Source: Octopus sinensis
Lineage: Eukaryota
Assembly (NCBI RefSeq): GCF_006345805.1
Contig: NC_042998.1
Coordinates: forward strand, 170,314,001-170,378,000
Direction of reading: 5' to 3'
Length of the DNA stretch: 64,000 nucleotides
This document shows, one piece after another, positions 23,570 to 39,152 of the stretch (its first letter is position 1; each line of letters starts with the position of its first letter). A program made the position numbers and the translations under genes. The notes under the pieces are model-generated. The model was not told the origin of the DNA. It searched no databases and saw only the letters and a program-made list of their open reading frames with translations.

Positions 23570-25949
23570 TATCATCATCATTTATATTGGTATATAGGAT
23601 ATCAGAAACACTGTCACAAACAACCAGCAAACCATAACCAAAATAAATAGGAAATGACTTCAGAAGAATAATAAGAATATCAGTAAACTAGATATGAAAG
23701 AAAGGAACTGAAATGAGTAAACAGAAATAGAGCATAAATTCAATCAAATGTAGAGATATGAAAAACATTCAAAACATCATAATGATACATAAAATAAGCA
23801 GCAGTAAACCCATCCAATGAAAACAAAGTACAAGCATCAAACTAGTAAATAATATGAGAAAAACAACAGTCAATACTGTAGGAAAACTACTTAACAAAAT
23901 AAGATAAGAAACTAAAGCAATAATATAGGAAACTAAAGCAACAAAAGACTGGTCGTGAACAATGACTCCCCACCACCATCACAATAAACAGTATAAAGAA
24001 ATGATACTAGAAAAAAATCTTTGAGAATGATAATTACCAATTCCAATGTATATAAAATATATGTGGACAGAAAGGGAAAATTTCTTTCCTGAAGATCATC
24101 ACACTGACATGAGACTTGAAGTGAGAGTCAAAGAGGTTTTACTCTGAATGAAGAATTTTTATGCAACATGTATTAAGTACAGTCTTCCTCTTTCATTGAC
24201 AAATAAGGACACACACACATGTATGAAACTAGAATCAACAATCAACAATCAACAACACACATATATGTACATACATATATATATATACTCATACAAATAC
24301 ATATTCGTACATGTTTGTATATGTATGTGTATACATATATTTATATATATAAACATGTGTGAGCATGTGCATATGTGTATGTGCATGTTCATATATTGTA
24401 AAAAAAAATAAAAAGCATGGATTTATACTTTACTATAGTTTTAAATATGTTTGGCTTTTTAAAAATGTGAAATTAACAGTTTCTAACATAAGCCCAGAGC
24501 CACAAATATTTGATCTGGAAAAATGTCTATAAAAGTAACTTTGGTATTTCGTTGCTAATTATTTTCGTAACACAGAATGGATAAAAATTAAAGTCAGCCC
24601 TGGTCAGATTTGAACTCAGGATGTAATACAAGGGCTTAACTAAATTCCATAAGGACTTTTAGGGAGTATCTTCTACCAATTATGATGTGCAAACACAAGC
24701 TAAATTTGAGATGTATGATGTATGCAAAATTTGTCTGAGGAAAGCAAACATGGTTATCCTTTCTAGGTCATCCTTTCCTGTGACTAATTAATTTAACAAG
24801 GCTACAGTCATGTGAAAATTATGAAGACAGATGATGTATATATGCTTTATGCATGTTGGGAGATGTTCACTGTCTCCCTTTGATTAGGTAGTCTAGTCTG
24901 TTTGGTACCTTCCAATGTATTATAGATTCAGGATTAGTGATGAACATGAGCAATAATGCCTGAGAATATACTCACAGCCTTAACAAGGGAGCTTGGCACA
25001 GCCTTTTTTGGGGGTAGTGGGTAGGGTTAGATGGAGTATTATGTACAATTTCCAAAAATTCTACAAAAGAAAAAATAAAGTAAATGTTCTTAACCATGTT
25101 CACAGACTGCAACTCTATGCACTGATATCAAAGAGAAGATATTGTGTGAGCTAGATCTTGCCATCAACAATGTCTAATGACAGAATCATCATTTTATCTC
25201 CAACTAAATATACACCATTTTTTTAAACCTTTTTTTAAATATTATTTGATGACAAGGTTAGGAATCTAGAAAGAATTCCTTCTATCTAGGATGAATTTTA
25301 TGGAAGGTGAATACCAGTGTTGAGGAATGAGGTATCTCTGTATGTTTTCTGAAGGAAGAAGTGAATTCCTTCTTCTGTGGAGTGAAGAGTAATAAGATTT
25401 AAGGGGATCTTCATACACTTTATAAGTGAGCATTAATCTTTTCCCTTCTTTTTTAGGTTCCTTTTTATTTTGTTTGTTTATATATAATTAACTTAAATTA
25501 GTGTATATGCATGTACAAACACACACACATACATACACACATACACACATGCATACATACATGCATGCATACATACATGCATGCATACATACATGCATGC
25601 ATACATACATACATACATACATACATACATACATACATACATACATACATACATACATACATACATACAATATGCATTATTTCTTAAACCTTTACTTAAT
25701 CTAACAACTCTGCAATTATGTTTGAATTATAAATTACATGCGCTAAAGTGGACCCCATGTTTTGCTTGTTCATTCTTTCTTTCTAATATACAAATATATA
25801 CACACACACAATATACATACATATTTATAGATAAACAGACAAATAGATAAAATTAAGATCTAGATATCTATATAGACATATGCATATATACATGCACTTA
25901 CATACCTAAGTGATCAATGACCTCAGGATAAAACCTTGATAGGCATAGA

Positions 25950-27360
25950 GTGAAGACAAAGTATAGAAGCTGAAAGATGCCTTGGACATAATTTCAAAGA
26001 AATGCTAGGTTATGCATCTGATGAGAACTTAAAGCAATTATGAGTCTCTATGAGAAAACTAACTATAATCAAGACCAAATCTGTGGATGGAGCAAAATTT
26101 CAGTCAAGAAGAAAATTACATGGTGGTAGAATAGTATGATAGATGGAGCATTAGGAAGTAAGAAGCAGACCTGAAAAAAATTGGAAGTAATAGGTAAGCA
26201 AGGAATAATATCAGGCAGCTAGAAAAGCAACGAGATATTTGGTATATTTAGTAGAGAGAAGCTGAAAGTAAGAAGTTTGTCAATGTTCTACTATAAAAGA
26301 AGCAGGGCTTTGAGATGTTTTGGATTGTAAAACAGTATGTTAGTGTGTATCAATTGGTGAAAAGTATATTTGATTTGATAGTAGGACATCTCTATTGACA
26401 CCAAGAAGAAAGAGGCATGGAAATGTTGCTGAATGTAGAGGATAAATAAGAGAGAGAGGGTCTACATCAAGTAGATCCAATAGGGAAATCAGTCATTGAA
26501 GTTGACTGCTATACAGTTAAAAGAGAAAGAGCAATTAAATATATGAAGGGATAAACCATCATGGATAGTTACAAAAATATATGAAGTAGAATATATGCTA
26601 GTCACTTGCATAACTAATTAGATAGTATAGGAAGGCATCTTCCCTAATGATTGGCATAGCAGTAACATTGTCATCTGTGAAGACAAAGAAACAAATTAGA
26701 AGCATCAAATTGACAGACCAATTATGAAAGTAACAAAGAGTTGTACGACTAATTAGGAAGAGAATTAGTTTAGATGAGATACAGTTTGAGTTTGATTCAG
26801 AACAGAGTAACACTGATGCCTTCTAAAGCCACTATACCTAACATTCATTGATTTAGTATCATGCTCTCTAGTTGGTCAATTGCTAAGAAAATGAGGTGTA
26901 GATGAGTGTCTAGTAAGAGTTGTGCAAACCTTGTGTATATGTGCTTCAGCAAGATGCAAGTTAGCAATGAATTCAGTGGGGAGTTTAGTGTGCAGTTAGA
27001 TTCTCATTTGGATCTCAGGTTCCTCCTGCTTGTTATAGTTCTCCAGATCATAGCAAGAAAATTTAAGACTGGGCATCTTTGGAAACTTCATTGTACTTAT
27101 GTTGTAGTTTCAATAGCTTGACGTATCAAAGAATTAGTTTAAGAATTCCGAAGATGGAAGTAACACCTAGAATAGAAAAGCTTTAAAATATATCAAACAA
27201 AAGCAAAAGTCTACAAAGTAAAGAAGACAGGACTCTACTGCTACATAGGTAGTAGCCATGCTCAATGTGAAGAAAGCAAGTCAGTAGAAATCTCATTTGG
27301 TGTACCTGGGTGCACAAGAACTGCAGTGGGGTCAGAGGCAAGCTAACAAGGAAAGCTTTG
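25950..27360 (+). pseudogene. Highly decayed RTE-type LINE RT region
   Basis: 'SKMQVSNEFSGEFSVQ..LLVIVLQIIARKFKTGHLWKL' is homologous to 'SKVRVDNEYSEEFRVEVGV..FIIVLQAITEEFKTGCPWEL' at 49136. Confidence 0.75.
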
Positions 27361-27579
27361 TAGTAGATGTACTGCATTAGTTAACAATAAAGCTCACATG
27401 AAATTAATTCTTTCAAATACCAGTAGTTGATAGTTTCTGGTACTTAGGTAACCTAACCAGCAGTGGTGGAGGGTACTGTGAAAGTGTGGTAGACAGAGTA
27501 AGAAAAGAAGCAGAAAAAGACCAGAAAGTTATTATCTCTTCTGAAAATGAAGGGATTCTAAGCAGTTTCTATAATACTT

Positions 27580-28050
27580 TTGTGTGAAGTACAATATTGA
27601 ATGGTAATAAAGCACGGTCATTGAACAGAGAGGTTATGCAAAGACTGAAAAAAAGGAAGGGGGCATGCTCTACTGGAAAGGTAATGTTAATGGGAATAAA
27701 CAATGGAATACAGTATGGGCAGAGAGAAAAGCTGAGTATAAGAATTGGATGTAGTATTCAAGGGAGAAGACTAAGCTGGTTGAGATATGTGATGCATATG
27801 GCAGATGATATTTGGGTAAAGAAGGGCCAAGTCATAGAAGTATAGAAAAGGAAGACTGAAGAGAAGAAGGGATGAAATGATGAAGGCTAATATAACAACA
27901 CTGAACGTCACAAAGGAGATGACAAAGGACTGCAACAGGTGGTGGGAAGCTGGAGAAGATCCATCCAACCCATGTATGCATGGAAAAACAAACATAAGAT
28001 GATGATGATGACGATGATGATGATGATGACGATGACGACAACAATGATGA
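27580..28050 (+). mobile_element. Decayed RTE LINE 3' end with (GAT)n tail
   Basis: 'IGCSIQGRRLSWLRYVMHMADDIWVKK' parallels the 49795-50259 peptide; ends 'ccaacccatg...atggaaa..gatgatgat'. Confidence 0.7.
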
Positions 28051-31000
28051 TGATGATGATGATTATTAGTATTATTATTATTATTATTATTATTATTTAA
28101 ATCGCTCGTCAAATCCTTTCCTTTATTCTGTACTTTTGTTTTGTAATATTTTTGTGCCAATATAAAAATATTGTTACTTTCATTAATATTATTATCTATT
28201 CTATACATACATGTTTCTGTATGCAAATCTGTGTGGTGAGTGTATATATATGCTTGATATTATGTAGAATTGCAGTTCTTCCATTGTGTTGTTTTTTTTC
28301 CTGTTTTTGTTTTTATATTTTACAATCATTGCTTCATAAGTTGGATGGACAGACAAAATCTATAACAGTTATTATTTCAACAGAAAAATGCTTATCACTC
28401 AATTATTACAAAAGGCAGTCCTTATTTTTCAGCTATATCAACATAATATATATGAACATGATGCAATATCTGCAATGAGATATTGAACCTATTATGTACA
28501 GAAACAAATAATTGAATTCAGCATCTTAACCATTCAGCCACTACACTCTCTTCAAAGATAATACGTAAGTCATGGAAAGGAATGTAACTTTTGGGCTTCC
28601 AGCCAAACACACTTGATAATCAATTTTAGAACTACATATTTAACATAACTGTGGGAATGTATATAAGAATATATATGTGTGTGTGTATGAGTGGGTATTT
28701 GGTTAAGTGTTACTTAAATTTCATTCAAAAAGCATCCAAAATAAGGGCTATGTATTAAAGAATAGAATCACAATGCTAAGAAATAAATATATAAACCCAA
28801 GAAATATGATTTCTTTTAACAATTAAAAAAGAAGGGCAAGATTTGAAAAATAAACAAAAATTCATTTTAAAAGTTGTATAAATGACAATTTCTAAAAAAA
28901 ATTAATGTTTTAAATGTACTTGTATCATAGACAAATACTCTATATATAATATAAAGTACTTTTAACCAAAATAAAATGTTTAATAAATCTTTTTAGATTA
29001 TTTCCAGTTTGTATGAGATGTTTTCATAAAATAAAATCATACACAAAAATTTTGAAATTGGAAATCAAAACTATTCAAACTTATTCCTTTATTTATACAA
29101 AAAAAATTTCTGTTTGAATTCTAGTTTCAGATTTATTTTTTTTTATTTCAGTTTGAAATGGAATTTTGATTTCAGTTTGTAACCTTTTTGTTTATCCATT
29201 TTTTTCTTTTTTAATTCCGAATTTTGGTTAATGAGAACATCATTTTTATTATCAATTTGAAATTTCATACCAATTTCAAACTAAAATTCCCACGCAAATT
29301 CTTAACATCAGGCAGAGCTAATGACATGAATGAAAAAAACTAGTGATTAATTATTTCATTTACAAGCAGTAGTACTTTGCTAATTTGAGAAGAGAAAGCT
29401 CACATATCATGTTTTTCAGTTAAGTGTATAATACCAATTACACAAAAAATAGCAATCAACTAGTTTGAAAATGTTTATATTTTAATCTATGCAGCAAAGC
29501 TGTCATTAGAAAAATGCCTGTCTCTTTCTTTTAATTTTGTAACAAATAAATTATTTTAAATTTAAAATATATCATTAGTAATATTACATTTTTTTTAATA
29601 GTCAGAGTGAAACATGTTCCCTCATCCCACAAGTTGTGGTAGGATTGCAGTTTTCCTACGTGTCCCTTGAAAACATTGCTGCATGCAAGCAGAGTCTGTT
29701 TTCTTCCATTATATTGATTTTCGTTCTTTTTGTGAATTTTTTTTTAATTGCAAGTTTGTTTAAAAAAAAGTTTTAATAGGATCAATTTTGATTCCAAAGT
29801 ACAACCTCAGTTTACACAAGCAACTACTTCTGCAGCTTAAAATGTGTAATTAACATTGACTTCTTTAAAAAAAAAATTTAGGTAATCAAAGAAAACAGCA
29901 GAATTTTTTAAAATGTGGAACATATTAACAACAATCGACACAATAGAATCTGCAACAATAAATAATGGGATAGAAAATTTTTTAAATAGTAGGAGACAGC
30001 AAAAGCTGAGCATCTAAAACAAATAAATATGATTTAACAAGCTCACCATATTAAATATAAATGTAGAATTTGATCTCACAAATGCATGTAAAACAAACTA
30101 TTGTTGTACAAAAACAAGACAAAATGCTTTTCATTTATTTATATCTGCAAAATATATGGAAGAAAATTTCATTGGATTAAATTATTAAAACCCAACAAAT
30201 GCAAAGAATGTTATAATTTTCTTTTTACTTTATTTTTTATATTTTTTAAGGAAAAAAAAAACATAATGTGTAAAAAAAAAGTTTACGACAAACAATATTT
30301 ACCATTCATTCAGTCATCTTATCTATCATTCCTTGTGGTTCAGTTAACACAGAGTTAGGAGTATTTAGTATTTATGAATGGTTAGTTATTGGTGGAAGTG
30401 AGAAATGTTTGGAACAATGAAAGGATGGCTGAAGCTATGGGATATTAATGGAATGTGAATGAGTGAAGGTCAATGGTGGGATGTGACTGGGTCTGGAAAA
30501 ATTGACAGGTTAGAAAAAACAGTGTCCAGAGTATTGGAAAAGAGCTATTGATTAAACATAGTTTGAGCAGGATCTTTCACCTTAGATTCTTGTAAACATC
30601 ACCTGCCTATGAATGGCGTCCAGTGTTGTAGTTGAGATGCGCTAGAGTTTAGCCCAGTTTTCATGACTTTAAGTGGTTAAGAGTCATGCCCACCCATCTC
30701 TGCTTCTACCACCTCTGCCATTGTATAGAAATACCACAGCACTGCAGGATTCTGTCACAGACTGATGTGAACTCAACACTATAAGCTATCAAAATACTCA
30801 TTAGCTGTACAGTGGCCCTGCTGCCCACATCAGTGAATCTACCTCCACATGGTATATATTTGCTGCTTAGGTGGACTGGGCTATCAACACTTAAATCACT
30901 TTACTAAAGACACAATGTAACACATTCATTCAATGAGATTATTATGTTCTTGTGTGAACAAGGAGTATATGTTTGAATTATATGAATATGCTTGGATTAT

Positions 31001-32670
31001 AATACAAGTTAAATACACACTTCTTTGAAAGATATTTCTCAAGTTACTGTTGAAATGGTTTCTTGCAAAACAGATTCTCTAGCATACCAACAGAAATTAT
31101 ATATGGCTTCTGAAGCCTGAGCACCAAGAAAAACAGTAAGATTGCATCGTAGATTCTGCAGTGGGATCAAACTATCTATAGAATAAATTTATTTAGAATA
31201 TATCAAAAGAAGTCCATAAATAAAATTGTGTAAAAAGAGGTGAAAATAAAATAATAAAAAATACAACAAAAATCTTTTGGATTACATGGTTTTTTTGTGG
31301 TGTAGTTTTTGATGTTATTCATGTAGTTGTTAAGGGTGTTGTTGTTGTTGTTGTTGTTGCTTGCCTAAACTTTAACTGAGAAGACCTATAGTCAAAAGCA
31401 TTCCAGCCATGACCATTTTGTAATTTTGTTTCTGACAAGATAAAATTGACCTTGGCAGGATATCACTTTGAAGAATACTGCACAAAAATTAAATACTGTA
31501 ATTAACTAAATACTGCAATTTAGTAAATCCTGAAACACTGCAATTAAATGGAAATATTTTACAGTGTCTACCAACTCACCAGTCCTACATAGATTGACAT
31601 TATTATAACAAACTCATTCACTAATTCTAATTAGTTCTACAACAGGAGAGATGTGTGATTTTGTTTTGATTTGCTTTGTATTACTTCTCTTTTATCTATG
31701 CTGTAAGGGGTTCCTTGAAACCTGGTTCTTAGCTCCAGGTCCATAACAAATAATTGATAAACTTCCTAAATAGAAGAGCTTGGATAATATTGTGGGAAAG
31801 TTTAAGATAATCCAGTGCTTTCTCTTAACATCAGTGTGACAATGTGAAATTAACAGACTGATTTATAGAGTATAACATCTTAATATTTTATAAATTATAG
31901 ACAAATTGGATGTGAAACAATTAGCAAATAATTTATTTTCTACTTTTTGTGGGGTTTGAAACTGCATACTAACTTTTCAAAGGTATGATTTTTAAATAAG
32001 GGATTTTATTAACTAACAGATTTCTAGTATATGTTGTATATACTTCTTAGACGAGTGACAAAATGTGTGAGTGTTGTGTTGTATGTAGTGTGTATATATT
32101 TGTGAGAATGTACATGTGTTCTGTGAATGAGAGAAAAAATAAAGGTGAGACAAAGAAAGACAAGAGGGAGCTGAAGAGAGAGAGAGAGAGTGCAAAAAAC
32201 TAAAAAGAAACTGAAAGAGAAAGAAAGCAGAGTTTAACATCATAAACTACATCTCACACTAAAAGTCCTATTCTACTACCACTCCATAAATTTTCCAGTA
32301 CCTCTTTTCTTAAATTCTTTTTGCTTTCCCCAGGGTGGTGGGAAAGGGATTTGGACCCAAATTTTTTTTCTCCATGCATTATTTTGGAATGATTTGGGAG
32401 TTGTGTGCAAATTTAGGAAAAAATTCGTTGAAAAATATCAATGTTGATTCAAGCCACACAGAGAAACGTACATTTATACAGAGAAATTTGATAGAAATCA
32501 GTCAAAACATTTTGTTTGATTCATTTCTGCCAGTCAAACAAAATATATAAAACTTAAATAAGTAAAATAACTTGTAAAAATAAATAAAAAGATTTTGTTT
32601 TTTTCTTTTTAAATTAAAATTTTAAAGTTATTATGCTAATTTATATTAGTAATAATTTTTATTTGTAATA

Positions 32671-32806
32671 GTGATACAAGGTCACAAATTTGAGGAAGAG
32701 ATATAGCCAATTATATTAACTCCACTTGACTGGTACTTATTTTATTGACCCTGAATGAATGAAAGATAAAGCTGACCTCAAGTAGGATTTGAACTCAAAA
32801 TGTAAA
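32671..32806 (-). mobile_element. Old CORE-like SINE fragment
   Basis: 'gaaagataaagctgacctcaagtaggatttgaactc' block. Confidence 0.6.
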
Positions 32807-33821
32807 GTAATAATATTAGTAATAGATTATTTTGAATTTTGTAATATTTTATAGTTTAGTAATAAATTCATTATCTATCTTAGTAATATTATTACATATA
32901 AAAATAGAGTTGATTTAATATTTATCTTCAATTTCCATTTGAAAGATTACCTCAATGTAACTTTGATATTCATAAACATAAACTAGACAAGTAAAACACT
33001 AGTGTTGCTGTTTAACTCTGTCAGCATTGATTGATTACATTTATGATCAAAATATTCCAGCTGTGATTTTCCAATTTTGTTTCCAGTCAAAGAGTGTCAA
33101 GGGCTACATTATCGAATATACTTCCTTTTCTTTTAAATGATAATGTATGATTTTAAAGAAATTTGGTTGCTATTTCTAGTTACAAGTTAAGTATCTGTGT
33201 GGAAGCTACCTCTGGAAAAGGAAAAATAGTAATGATTTCCCTTGCTTCAGTTAAGTTTACAAAAGGGAATTAAATTTGGATGATGTGAAGAGAAAGTTTC
33301 ATTATGTGTAACCAACATCCATAACTAAACCTTTAATGGCAACAACATAGTCAACAGTCAATCTTTAGAGACTGGCAAATATACAACTAAACTAAACCAG
33401 CCAAGACAAGGAAATATAGATTGTCAACACATGATTATATACTCTGGAATGGCATCTGATTGATGCTGCATACATGACAATTAGATGTATTCATAAGTGT
33501 ACTGGCATTGTAGCAGAATACTGTTAAATTTCCACAAAGTTATGTTTGTGGTGCACTTTCGATTGCCTGTTAAGTCATTTGATTTAACTTTCTCTTTGTA
33601 CCTTTATACCTGTTCTTTCTGCTTGAGGTGGTTCACACATCTCATTCGTTGTTGTCTTCTTATTTTGGAAGGTGGCACAAGCAAAACTGAAAACCCAGTG
33701 TTTCACATTGTGATAGAGATTCACTTTCAGTTCAGGTTGAAGACTAAAGGCCTGTGCACTTATATATATCATATATATTAAATTTGTTTTCTCTTTTTGT
33801 ATTTTAAGCATCCTCTGTGTA

Positions 33822-33858
<37 letters not shown>

Positions 33859-34018
33859 GTTTGTATGTGTGTATTTATATATATATATAGTAATAAAAAG
33901 GGAACAATTTCGATCATCCCCACGTGGTGAGTTGTAATATATATAAGAAATTAAAGAAGGAAAATGCGCACACTTTGCATAGTTTTCATATAATTTTTAA
34001 TATAGCTTGTATTGTGTT

Positions 34019-34051
34019 TGCCAACCGGTTTCGCTTTCACTGTTCCTGACA
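34019..34051 (-). ncRNA. Degenerate minimal hammerhead-like motif (PLE2 left end)
   Basis: UGUC AGGAACA GU gaaa GC GAAA CCGG UU GGCA: HHR geometry intact; core positions 3, 4 and 8 and the triplet are non-consensus. Confidence 0.45.
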
Positions 34052-35021
34052 TTAAAATTTATTTAAATACATATTTTTTTTAAGAAGAATTTTTTGTCCA
34101 TGTTATGTGTGGAGTTTATGAATGAGTTCCCATTTTGGGATATTATGATAAAAGAAGTTAACAAACAAATTATAACTGACATCTATCATGAACCAATGCA
34201 CTCAAAACAATATCTCCTTTTTAGCTCATGTCACCTGAAACACATCAAAATAAATATCCCCTTTAATTTGGCAAAAAGGATTTGCACAATAGTGTCTGAT
34301 AGAACTACTTGAGACTTTCTTCTTCAAGAACTCAAAACAGCACTAATGGAAAGAGAATATCTGCCCTCACTTATAAACGATGGAATTAAGCGTGCCAAGA
34401 AATGAGACATAATAACACTAAGGACAACAAAACATAACACCACACCTCATCCCAAAACACTACTGTATATATCAACCCACAACCCTAGAAACAATGAAGC
34501 ATACAACACTATTGTGCAAAATCTGCCATTGCTAACTAGAGATCCAAAAATGAACATCCTGAAATCACATAAACTCATCAAATGCAAAAAGCAACACAGA
34601 TCACTAAAGAGACTTCTAACAAATACTAAGCTTTGCACAACAACCATGAAACCAACAGCTAAAAAATGTGGATGCCCATACTGTGGAACATGCCCCTATC
34701 TACTTGAAGGCTCAGATTTCCTTTTCAAACAAGGAGAGAGGTTCACAATTAAAACCAACTTCACTTGTACCTCTGAGAACTTATTTTATGTAATAACCTG
34801 CTCGGGTTGTGGACATCACAATATAGAACAGACAAGTATGACATTGAGACGGAGAACCACTCTACATAAAGAACATTTAAATATAGAAAATATAGAACAC
34901 GTCTAAATATGCACACATAACCAACTTTGATCTCTAAACATATTTTAATTCATGATTACATACCCCATCACTGTGCATATTTCTCCCCACCACTCTAGTT
35001 TTTGAATTTTTGTGTATATAT

Positions 35022-35053
<32 letters not shown>

Positions 35054-35650
35054 ATTAATCAATATAATTAATCAATATTGATTAATTATGAATTTTCTGG
35101 TTAATTCCGTAATGGAATCGACGGCTTATATTTATTTGCTGCCGATAAATTTGGCGCGAGTGCGATGATTTGAAAATTTTAGGTCAGATATTAACTTGGC
35201 AGGGTCGGAAATGCCTCGTGAAAATATCTGTTCCGACTTGTGGCTATTTCTTACTGAAGAATCTGAGGGCCTATGAAGATTGGCTTGATTTAATTTAATC
35301 AGGTTAGTTTACCATTAAACAGCAGACGAAACGGTGCATCGTATAAGAAATTACAGGGTAAATGTTTTTAAAATTTTCTCCTGTTTACGGAATTGACTTT
35401 TATTTGCGGTTGAAGCTTTGGCTGTTATTTCTAGTGGGTGAATGGCCTATTATGGCCGTTCCTTGATTGTTGATATATATATATATATATATATTCCGCT
35501 GCCCCCTGCCGAAAATTGAAAATTATCTCCACTGTCCACAATACTTCCCCTTAGATTTTTCTAATTGTTAAATTGTTCATTCATAAACTCCACACACAAC
35601 ATGGACAAAAAAATTCTTCTTAAGAATATACATATTTAAATAAATTTTAG

Positions 35651-35683
35651 TGTCACGAATAGTGAAAGTGAAACTGGTCAACA
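35651..35683 (+). ncRNA. Degenerate minimal hammerhead-like motif (PLE2 right end)
   Basis: UGUC ACGAAUA GU gaaa GU GAAA CUGG UC AACA; GUC triplet retained. Confidence 0.45.
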
Positions 35684-36789
35684 AACACAATATAAGATAT
35701 ATAAAAAATTATATGAAAACTATGTAAAGTGTGTGCATTTTCCTTCTTTATTTTCTTATATATATATATATATTTATTTATTTATATTTATACACGTATA
35801 TATATATGTGTGTGTGTGTGTATACACACCTATATACATATACATACACACACACACACATACCACATACATATATATGTAATTTCTATGTTTGACAGAA
35901 TGTTTAATTCATATTCAACTATACAAAAATGTTTTGCGATTTTAATAAAAAGAAAAAAATCAAAGGACTATGTATACATATACACATACATACACACATA
36001 TATATACATATATATTTGTACATACATATACATGTAGACACATACATTTACATGCTAAGTTATATATTATACATATTCATGTTTTCATAGACATTTCTAC
36101 ATTGCATAAATTCTCAGTATGTTCACATAGTCTAAAACAACTGTGAGTAAATCTGTTAGTATGTATCTGTGTACTTCAGCACACATATCTGTATATGGTT
36201 GATGGACTCATGACATAGAGATCATAGGTTCAAACCCTGCCATAAGCAGTGTATTGTGTGTGCCAATTAACAAGGCACATTTCTCTACTTGCCTCAGTGA
36301 TTTAATGGAGTAAAAACAAAGAAAATACGGAAACAAATGACAATTAAATAGACAGTTCTGGAAGGGATAATACCACCCATTCCTTAACTACAGTTCAAAA
36401 ATTCATTTTCAGATGCATGCATATATGTATGTATGTGTGCGTGTATGTACATAAATATACACTTGCACATGCATATACACACATATGCATGTACATATAT
36501 GCATGTGAGTGTGTATATATATATATATATAGATATATATGCATGGGCATATTTGTGTATACTTACAGACTCACATACACATACGCACACATATTAATAA
36601 AAGCCAAAGTAGTCAAAAGTTGGTGAAGTACACTATATTATATTGTTTTAGCACTTAAACAATATATATAAGAAACAATATTTCACCAGCTTCATATGCA
36701 TATGTATATATATACATATATATATATATGTATATATATATATATTTATGTATATGTATATATATATATAATATATATATATATGTATG

Positions 36790-36879
<90 letters not shown>

Positions 36880-36892
36880 ATATATGTATATG

Positions 36893-36938
<46 letters not shown>

Positions 36939-37061
36939 CATACACACATATGTATGGATCAAAACAGCTTGATTCAAATTCCTTAGCACTCTGAGTTTCA
37001 AAGCATGGTGTTAATCCTCAGCTATTGGGAATATGTGTATGTGTGTATGTATACATATATA

Positions 37062-37094
<33 letters not shown>

Positions 37095-37523
37095 TTGTGT
37101 ATGTGTCTGTGTTTGAGTGTTTAAAGTTATATAGGTGTGTGATTTTCAAGTATAAAGGTTAAAAAAAATAATAAATGATAATTTAAAAATTATATATACA
37201 CAGATTGTCTATCAGTATTTATGTATATATGTATGTACCTAAGTGTTGTTTATGTACGCATATATCTATCTATGCATATGTGTGTATATGTATGTATAGA
37301 CACATATATGTATATGTATGTATGCATTCAAATATTTACTGTCTGGGAATTGCTGATAACCAAAGCTTGAGACCAACAGTGAAATATTGTGGAACTAATA
37401 GTATGACTGATAAATTTATAATTTTGTATACAAGCACAGATATATATATATATATATATATATAACACAAATACTTAGATATACAGATTAGATGTACTGA
37501 CATATATGCATACATATAAAGAT

Positions 37524-37571
<48 letters not shown>

Positions 37572-37621
37572 TACATACACACTCACAAATATGTCTTTAT
37601 AACAAATATACAAACACACAG

Positions 37622-37655
<34 letters not shown>

Positions 37656-38676
37656 ACAAGCACATGCAACCACACATATACATATATATACATAAAAGGA
37701 ATCACAGAGACTGATAGACAGAGAAAGAGAAACAAATTTAAACAATCAAACATATACATATACACATGCATGTATAGATACATACATACATATATACATA
37801 CATACATACATACATACATTCTGTGATAAATGGACGGCAGTCAATTGTCTTACACAGCCGCAGGTTTTAAGATTATCTTTAACATTTCACATCTTTAAGA
37901 ATCGCATAGCAAATGCTTACACAGCCTCACTAGATAAAGAAAATTATAAAAAACAAACATAAGTTTATGCATGTGAGAGTACATTGATTTGTGCACATTT
38001 ACAATTTGTGTGTGTGTTTGTGTGTATCTGTGTGTGTATGTGTGTGTGTGCATGCATATGTATGTGCATGCATGTGTGTGTGTGTAAATAGACATATACA
38101 TAATATATTCATGCTGCACATACACATGTATATACATGCACAAACATTCATACTATATTCATATTTCATATATAAATATAAATATATGTATGTATGTATA
38201 TATGTACATAAATATATGTTTGTGTGTGTGTATCTGTATATATATATGTGAGTGTCTGTGTGTATATGAGTATATATATATATATATACATATATACACA
38301 CACATACATACTCATTCACATACATAACTACATATGTGTTTGATAACTAGAATTTCAAATGCCTCAGGTAGATTTCTTGCAGTTTCCTTTTGGCAAGCTA
38401 ACTATAATCTTCAGTTGATGTACATTAAAGATTGTAGGTCTTATGCAATATGATATAAGTAATGTGAAGCTCAAATATACAGTCCTATGAGCAACTCATA
38501 CACATACAGTTATACATATAAGAATGTATTAACATGCTTTACAAAAAGAAACCAGAAAAGTATGCTTGTATTTATTCATAAAAGTGCTAAAGGAACACAA
38601 TTGTTGTTGACAGGTGCATTATCTGATGTATGTGTGTGTGTGAGTGTATGTATGAGAGAGAGAGAGAGTGTGTGTT

Positions 38677-38752
<76 letters not shown>

Positions 38753-38885
38753 TGTATGCTTTTATGTATGTATGTATGTATCTATGCATGTACATATGTG
38801 TGTGTGTGTGTATAAATAACATAGATGGCCCATTAGCAATTAAAACCTAAAGGCAAATTTATAAACAAGGGTACAAAATACCTTT

Positions 38886-38947
<62 letters not shown>

Positions 38948-39081
38948 GCATATGTATGTATGCATGTGTATACATATGTATGATATAATTATGTACTAAT
39001 ACATACATATATATATATATATAGATATGTATATTTGTGTGTATTATGTATGTATATATATGTACGATATAATGTACTAAT

Positions 39082-39152
<71 letters not shown>

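Larger units (their letters stand above)
33937..35764 (+). mobile_element. Older 5'-truncated PLE (PLE2) with inverted copy of its terminal ~190 bp
   Basis: ORF remnants 34126-34906 ('FPFWDIMIK..TDIYHEP..NIPFNLAKRICTIV', 'KCGCPYCGTC..NLFYVITCSGC') homologous to PLE1. 33937-34125 is the reverse complement of 35577-35764. Both ends in or near (TA)n. Confidence 0.88.
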
